From Candidatus Omnitrophota bacterium (GTDB lineage Bacteria > Omnitrophota > Gorgyraeia > JABMRN01 > RBG-13-46-9), in the NCBI GenBank assembly GCA_013203315.1, contig JABMQJ010000018.1, positions 11,292-75,291 on the forward strand: DNA of 64,000 bases, written 5' to 3'. Shown here one piece after another: positions 59,200 to 64,000 of this stretch; the stretch's first letter is position 1; every line of letters starts with the position of its first letter. Under the pieces are notes generated by a model, which saw nothing but the letters and a program-made list of their open reading frames with translations, was not told the origin of the DNA and ran no database searches. Position numbers and translations under genes: made by a program.

Positions 59200-60776
59200 T
59201 GTCCAAAGACAATAAAATAGTTATTTTACTTGTAATCGTAAGCCTTTTTACATTTTTACTGGCTCTCAACAAGTACTGGGCGCCGTATGACGAGGGGATC
59301 GTTACGGTAGGTGCAGAAAGAATCCTGCACGGTGAGATTCCCTATAAAGATTTTTTTATCATCATGTACCCGCCGGGCCAGTTTTACCTAATTGCGTTTT
59401 TGTATAAAATTTTCGGAACTTCATTAGAAACGGGAAGAATATATACCTGCTTTATTCATGTCTTAATAGCCATGTGTGTCTTCCTTATAGGGAGAGCGCT
59501 TACCAAAAAAACAGTTGTACCGCTTATACTGTGGATAATAAGTCTCTCATGCCTGGCGCCCCGCATGGGCCTTGCGCCGTTTCCAATTTGGCCGGGTATG
59601 GCTTTCTCACTTCTTTCCGTATTTTTGTTTATGAAGTATCTTGAAAAAGGAAAACTTAATTTTGTAGTATTTTCAGGCCTTGCGGTAGGGTTAGCTGCGC
59701 TTTTCAGGCACGATATGGCATGTTATGCATTTCTTGCAATACTGGCAGGTTTTATTCTTTATAGAAGAAGGATTAAAGAAGCATCGGTTTTTATATTATC
59801 CTCATTCGTTGTGCCGTTGCCGGTTTTTCTGTATCTCTCCTTGAAGTCAGCCTTTCGGGACATGTTCGAGTCTTTACTTGTTTTTACTTTTTCCCATCAC
59901 GAAGCTGCCGCGCTTTCTTTCCCGAAACCATGCTTTAACCTAAACATGATATTCCACCAGAGCCTCTACTTTATCAAGGTAAACCAGTACTACATCCCCT
60001 TAATAATATTTGCTTTTGTAGCCATTTTCCTTATAAAAGAGTTCCTGGTAAAAAGGAAATTCGGCAAAAAAGAAATCACACTTTTTGTGTTGCTTGTTTT
60101 CGGGGCATTATGCTTTAACCAGGTAAGGGTAAGGACCGATCCGGCGCACCTTTTAACTTCAATCTACCCGGCTATTTTACTTTTCGGATTTATCCTGGAT
60201 AACGCCCTTTTCAACCGCCGAATGACGCGCGCCGAAAGAGTTGCATTCCGGTCCTTCGCGATTCTTATAGGAGCGCTTTTTCTATTGCTTTTTGTAAAAA
60301 ATGTAGATAAATCTTTCAAAAACGTCTTCAGGAAACCGTATAGGGGAGACGTCTTGTTAACCAGGTTCGACAGGGGCGCTGTTTATATACCGAAGGCTCA
60401 AAGGGACGACATTGTAAATACCGTTTCGTTTATCAAGGCTAACACGAGTGTCGATGAATCAATTTATGTAGGCAACATTGTTCACTGGAGGGATGAGTAC
60501 GGTGGAAATATGCTTCTTTATTTTCTATCGGAACGGCTTCCACTAACCAAGTATTACGAGTTGGCCCCGGGCCTTACCACGCAACCGCATGTACATGCGG
60601 AAATCATCGAATCACTCTCGAATGAAAAGATAAATATTATCGTACTGCAGGACATAGCGCTTCCCGAGGAAGGGCCGGTTGACAGTGATTTATTGTCTCT
60701 AGACGAGCATATAAAGCGCAATTTTAAACAGGTTAAAAAATTCGGTAAATATAATATTTATAAAAGGAAAAGATAA
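59199..60776 (+). CDS. Putative GT-C (PMT_2/ArnT-like) membrane glycosyltransferase, paralog 2
   Basis: 'WAPYDEGIVTVGAERILHGEIPYKDFFIIMYPPGQFYL...FGTSLETGRIYT' is collinear with 60791. TAATG overlap start. Confidence 0.4.
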   Translation: MSKDNKIVILLVIVSLFTFLLALNKYWAPYDEGIVTVGAERILHGEIPYKDFFIIMYPPGQFYLIAFLYKIFGTSLETGRIYTCFIHVLIAMCVFLIGRALTKKTVVPLILWIISLSCLAPRMGLAPFPIWPGMAFSLLSVFLFMKYLEKGKLNFVVFSGLAVGLAALFRHDMACYAFLAILAGFILYRRRIKEASVFILSSFVVPLPVFLYLSLKSAFRDMFESLLVFTFSHHEAAALSFPKPCFNLNMIFHQSLYFIKVNQYYIPLIIFAFVAIFLIKEFLVKRKFGKKEITLFVLLVFGALCFNQVRVRTDPAHLLTSIYPAILLFGFILDNALFNRRMTRAERVAFRSFAILIGALFLLLFVKNVDKSFKNVFRKPYRGDVLLTRFDRGAVYIPKAQRDDIVNTVSFIKANTSVDESIYVGNIVHWRDEYGGNMLLYFLSERLPLTKYYELAPGLTTQPHVHAEIIESLSNEKINIIVLQDIALPEEGPVDSDLLSLDEHIKRNFKQVKKFGKYNIYKRKR

Positions 60777-60790
60777 GTTACTTCAAAAGT

Positions 60791-62404
60791 ATGGACACAA
60801 AAAGATTTTTAAATAGATATGGTATGTTTCTGGCAGTTATAGTGAGTTTTCTTGCATTCCTGCCCGCATGCAACAAATTCTGGGCGCCCTATGACGAGGG
60901 GTTTATATTAGAGGCATCGCGCATGGCCGCAAAGGGGATGGTTCCTTATAAAGATTTTTTTATACTCATGTATCCGCCGGGTCAAATTTATACACTGGCA
61001 GGGCTTTTTAGTATTTTCGGCACAAGTTTAGCGGCAGGAAGGATATACACGATTTTTCTGCAGTCTATCATTACGGCCTGTGTTTTTTATGCCGTAAAAA
61101 AGTTCTCCGGACTTTTGTGGGGAATAGTCGCATTTATAATATGCGTGAGCACTCTTGCGTCACTTGGCCGAGCCATTCCCCGGCCTACATGGCCCGGGAT
61201 TGCGCTTAGCCTGCTCGCGGTATTATTTCTTTTATCGTTCATAGATAAGGAGAAATATAGGCACCTCATGTGCGCGAGTTTTTTTACAGGGCTCTCGGTT
61301 ATTTTCAGGCACGATATCGGAATTCTTACATTTAGCGCATGCTTAGCCGGCCTTTCGCTTTATACGGTATATAAATTCCAGGAAGGACATATTGCGAAAA
61401 CAAAAGTTGCCCCAAAGGCATTACAGCTTTACGGAATCTATTCGATTTTTCCGTTTCTATTTATTGTAACAGCGATTTTTATGCTATATAAGGCAGGCGC
61501 TTATCCCGATGTGGTCAAATCTCTTATAATATTCCCCCGGGAATTCTTGAAAGGCGCATATATTCCTTTTCCCGCGTTCTCCTTTGATGTGAAGAGCATA
61601 TTTTACGGGGGGTGCCTCTTTATAGAGAAGAACCGCTTCTATATACCGATAATAACCTATGCCGCTACGGCTATATTAATTTTTGCGGAATTTGTACCGG
61701 AAAAGAAATTAACAAAAAGGTGCGTTTCCCTGGTAACCCTTTTATTTTTAGGTATATTTTATATGCAGCAGGTCATGGTAAGGGCAGATGATGGGCACCT
61801 CGCCTCTGCCAGCGCCCCTTTTATAATTTTATTCGGAATTATACCCTCATTTAAAGTAAGCCGGGGAAAGAATCCATTGAAGGCATTTAAAGTTTTAGTC
61901 ATGATCTTTTTGTCATTTCTGATGGCGCTTTTTGTTTTCAAGAACACAGAAGAGCTTTACAAGCATTTTTATAAAAGGGCGTATGTCAAAAAAACGATAA
62001 ATCCGGTAACATTCGGAAAAAGCACTGTCTACATCCCAGATGACACGAGAGATGAATTTTTGTCCTTAATGAGATACGTTGAGCAGAATACGGATTCCAA
62101 CGATACGATTTATATAGGGAGCCTGAACCATTCGGTTCCGCAATACGGCCGGTATGAACTGATTTATTTTTTGACCGGTCGAACACCGGGGGTTAAATAT
62201 TATGAAATTCATCCCGGATTGCAGGACAAGAAAAATATACAGGAAGAGATGATCTTGTCGCTTGAGAAGAGCAAGCCCAGGGTGCTACTCCTCAGGGACT
62301 TTAAAACTAACGCAGCGCGTCCGGGCCCCCTTGACAAATATATACGAAAAGTGTATAAACGTAATAAAATTATAGGATCATATCACATTTATGAAAAAGA
62401 ATAG
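60791..62404 (+). CDS. Putative GT-C (PMT_2/ArnT-like) membrane glycosyltransferase, paralog 3
   Basis: 'WAPYDEGFILEASRMAAKGMVPYKDFFILMYPPGQIYT...FGTSLAAGRIYT'. C-terminal 'YELIYFLTGRTPGVKYYEIHPGL' parallels 59199 'NMLLYFLSERLPLTKYYELAPGL'. Confidence 0.4.
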   Translation: MDTKRFLNRYGMFLAVIVSFLAFLPACNKFWAPYDEGFILEASRMAAKGMVPYKDFFILMYPPGQIYTLAGLFSIFGTSLAAGRIYTIFLQSIITACVFYAVKKFSGLLWGIVAFIICVSTLASLGRAIPRPTWPGIALSLLAVLFLLSFIDKEKYRHLMCASFFTGLSVIFRHDIGILTFSACLAGLSLYTVYKFQEGHIAKTKVAPKALQLYGIYSIFPFLFIVTAIFMLYKAGAYPDVVKSLIIFPREFLKGAYIPFPAFSFDVKSIFYGGCLFIEKNRFYIPIITYAATAILIFAEFVPEKKLTKRCVSLVTLLFLGIFYMQQVMVRADDGHLASASAPFIILFGIIPSFKVSRGKNPLKAFKVLVMIFLSFLMALFVFKNTEELYKHFYKRAYVKKTINPVTFGKSTVYIPDDTRDEFLSLMRYVEQNTDSNDTIYIGSLNHSVPQYGRYELIYFLTGRTPGVKYYEIHPGLQDKKNIQEEMILSLEKSKPRVLLLRDFKTNAARPGPLDKYIRKVYKRNKIIGSYHIYEKE

Positions 62405-62966
62405 AAAAACCATATTTTTAGACAGAGACGGCGTAATAAATAAAGACCCCGGTGGCTGGACAGAGCACAGCTATGTTACCCACTGGGAATATTTTAAGTT
62501 TTTACCGAATTCGATAGAGGCTATAAAGAAACTAAACGATGCCGGTTACGATATAGCACTTATATCCAACCAGGGCGGTATCAGTAAAGGGTATTACAGT
62601 GAGGATAAGCTACGGGAAATCAATAAAAAGATGATGGCCGAACTGGAAAAAAAAGGCGCAAAAATAAAAAAGGCATATTATTGTCTTCACCAGGATAGTG
62701 ATAATTGCGATTGCAAGAAACCAAAAACCGGCCTTTTCGAAAAGGCAGAAAAAGAATTAAATATTAAGGCCCAAGGAAATTTCTTTATCGGTGACGGCAA
62801 GATGGATGTCGAGGCCGCCGAAAAAATGGGACTTAAATCTATTTTGGTTTTAAGCGGAAAATCAGACCTTGCAGGCGTCCGGGACTGGGAATTAAAGCCG
62901 GATTATATTTTTGACAATCTATCCGAGGCGGTAAATTTTATATTAAAACAAAAGGAGCAAAAATGA
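62391..62966 (+). CDS. gmhB: D-glycero-D-manno-heptose 1,7-bisphosphate phosphatase (HAD family)
   Basis: 'IFLDRDGVIN' HAD motif I, 'ISNQGG' motif II, 'CLHQDSDNCDCKKP' zinc-binding insert characteristic of GmhB, and 'GDGKMD' motif IV. Confidence 0.75.
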   Translation: MKKNRKTIFLDRDGVINKDPGGWTEHSYVTHWEYFKFLPNSIEAIKKLNDAGYDIALISNQGGISKGYYSEDKLREINKKMMAELEKKGAKIKKAYYCLHQDSDNCDCKKPKTGLFEKAEKELNIKAQGNFFIGDGKMDVEAAEKMGLKSILVLSGKSDLAGVRDWELKPDYIFDNLSEAVNFILKQKEQK

Positions 62967-64000
62967 AAATACTAATAACGGGTGGGGCAGGCATGGTAGG
63001 TAGCCACACCGCTTTGCACTATGCTTCAAAAGGGGATGAGGTCATAGTTTTTGACAACCTGATGCGCTCAAAACTATTCGGGTATGACAAAAAAAGCGTA
63101 GAATACAACTGGAACTTTCTGGCGGGACAGAAAAACATAAAAAGGGTGTTGGGCGACGTAAGGAATCCCAAGGACCTAAAAAAGGTCGTTTCCGCAGATT
63201 TGGACGCTATAATACATACGGCGGGTCAACCAGGTGTAGGATTTTCAATAAATGATCCGGCAGAGGATTATTCGATAAACGCATTCGGAAGCTTCAACGT
63301 GCTTGAGTGTGTGCGTAAGGTTTGCCCGAAAACCACTTTCGTATATTGCTCAACCAACAAGGTTTACGGTGAAAATGTAAGCGAATTAGCCTTAGCCGAA
63401 GAAAGCAAAAGATATTCCTTTAGGGATATAAAGGCCATTAGTGAAACGTTTAATCTGGATTTAACCGGACATACGCCATACGGGGTAAGTAAGTACGTAG
63501 GTGATCTCTATGCGCAGGAGTATGGTTATTCCTATGGCCTGAAGGCCGGTATATTTCGCATGAGTTGTACGTACGGGACGCGACAGTTTGGTTTCGAGGA
63601 CCAGGGGTGGCTTGCGCACTTTATCATATCGAACCTGACCGACAAACCCATTACCATTTATGGTGACGGCAAGCAGGTCCGGGACATATTGTATGTAGAG
63701 GATTTAGTCCGCGCCTTTGATTTATTTATAAAATCAGACCTAAAAACAGAAGTTTTTAATATTGGGGGAGGCCCGGATAACACCATATCGCTTCTTGAAT
63801 TCATAGAAATGATAGAGCAAAAAACAGGCAACAAAATGAAGAAGGGTTTTGACAAATGGAGGCCCTCGGATCAGAAGGTGTACATATCCGACATATCGAA
63901 AGTGAAAAAGATTTTATCGTGGCAGCCCCAGATCGATGCGAGCCGGGGCATAGATAAGCTCATATCGTGGGTGAAAGAGAACCTTTCTTTCTTTAAATAA
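62963..64000 (+). CDS. NAD-dependent epimerase SDR, CDP-paratose 2-epimerase (tyvelose epimerase)-like
   Basis: 'ILITGGAGMVGSH', 'STNKVYGE', 'YGVSKYVGD' YxxxK, 'RQFGFEDQGW', and 'YGDGKQVRDILYVEDL' follow the pattern I recall for CDP-tyvelose 2-epimerases. Complete ORF with stop at 63998-64000. Confidence 0.55.
   Translation: MKILITGGAGMVGSHTALHYASKGDEVIVFDNLMRSKLFGYDKKSVEYNWNFLAGQKNIKRVLGDVRNPKDLKKVVSADLDAIIHTAGQPGVGFSINDPAEDYSINAFGSFNVLECVRKVCPKTTFVYCSTNKVYGENVSELALAEESKRYSFRDIKAISETFNLDLTGHTPYGVSKYVGDLYAQEYGYSYGLKAGIFRMSCTYGTRQFGFEDQGWLAHFIISNLTDKPITIYGDGKQVRDILYVEDLVRAFDLFIKSDLKTEVFNIGGGPDNTISLLEFIEMIEQKTGNKMKKGFDKWRPSDQKVYISDISKVKKILSWQPQIDASRGIDKLISWVKENLSFFK

Noticed and set aside
1-64000. 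Mobile element, genomic island borders, CRISPR array, tRNA or rRNA genes
   Set aside because: No transposase, integrase or recombinase-like ORFs, no direct or inverted terminal repeats, no repeat-spacer periodicity, and no tRNA-like cloverleaf candidates. There are almost no non-coding stretches longer than 120 nt.

Overview
Every credible gene in this 64 kb window lies on the + strand, about 55 tightly packed CDSs, many with ATGA or TAATG start/stop overlaps. I found no believable minus-strand genes, no tRNA, rRNA or CRISPR, and no transposase or integrase. The sequence is AT-rich with GGAGG-type ribosome-binding sites. It reads as one very large glycan-biosynthesis supercluster, in four parts.

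(A) 1-31 kb: an unusual modified sugar-acid module.
- Five cobalamin-binding radical SAM enzymes and two SPASM-type radical SAM enzymes.
- Three CMP-NeuAc-synthetase-family cytidylyltransferases, one of them fused to a GT2 domain.
- A WbuX/WbuY/WbuZ-type acetamidino amidotransferase triad.
- A second, fused amidotransferase: AsnB-like class II glutamine amidotransferase joined to a WbuX-like domain.
- A sulfotransferase and two SAM methyltransferases.
- A Gfo/Idh/MocA oxidoreductase, an Ldh_2-family dehydrogenase and an SGNH hydrolase.
- An MsbA-like ABC exporter.
- Three paralogous large proteins with a TagF/KpsS-like GT-B C-terminal domain.

(B) 31-36 kb: a CDP-hexose pathway.
- Glucose-1-P cytidylyltransferase, SDR dehydratase/epimerase, cupin epimerase, RmlD-like reductase and a DegT-family enzyme.
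- A CDP-paratose-2-epimerase-like SDR sits at the far right end of the window.

(C) 38.8-52.9 kb: an LPS/O-antigen-like assembly block, preceded by a good sigma70-like promoter.
- A GT4-DUF218 fusion, a GT4, a UXS-like SDR, WecA-family initiating transferase and a WaaL-like ligase.
- A GT9 heptosyltransferase.
- A double-GT2 protein, a single GT2 closely related to it, and two WaaE-like GT2 paralogs.
- An SDR with a zinc-ribbon insertion.

(D) 52.9-62.4 kb: an array of paralogous polytopic membrane proteins.
- Each carries a conserved DE...PYxDFF...PPG...FG.SL..GR motif, which I interpret as PMT_2/ArnT-like GT-C glycosyltransferases.
- They sit together with two polyprenol-phosphate sugar synthases (GtrB/DPM1-like); a GmhB heptose-bisphosphate phosphatase follows at 62.4-63.0 kb.

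The most unusual aspects are the density of radical SAM enzymes paired with cytidylyltransferases, the fused class-II-GATase/WbuX amidotransferase, and the tandem GT-C array. All functional calls rest on motif recognition by eye; no database searches were run.
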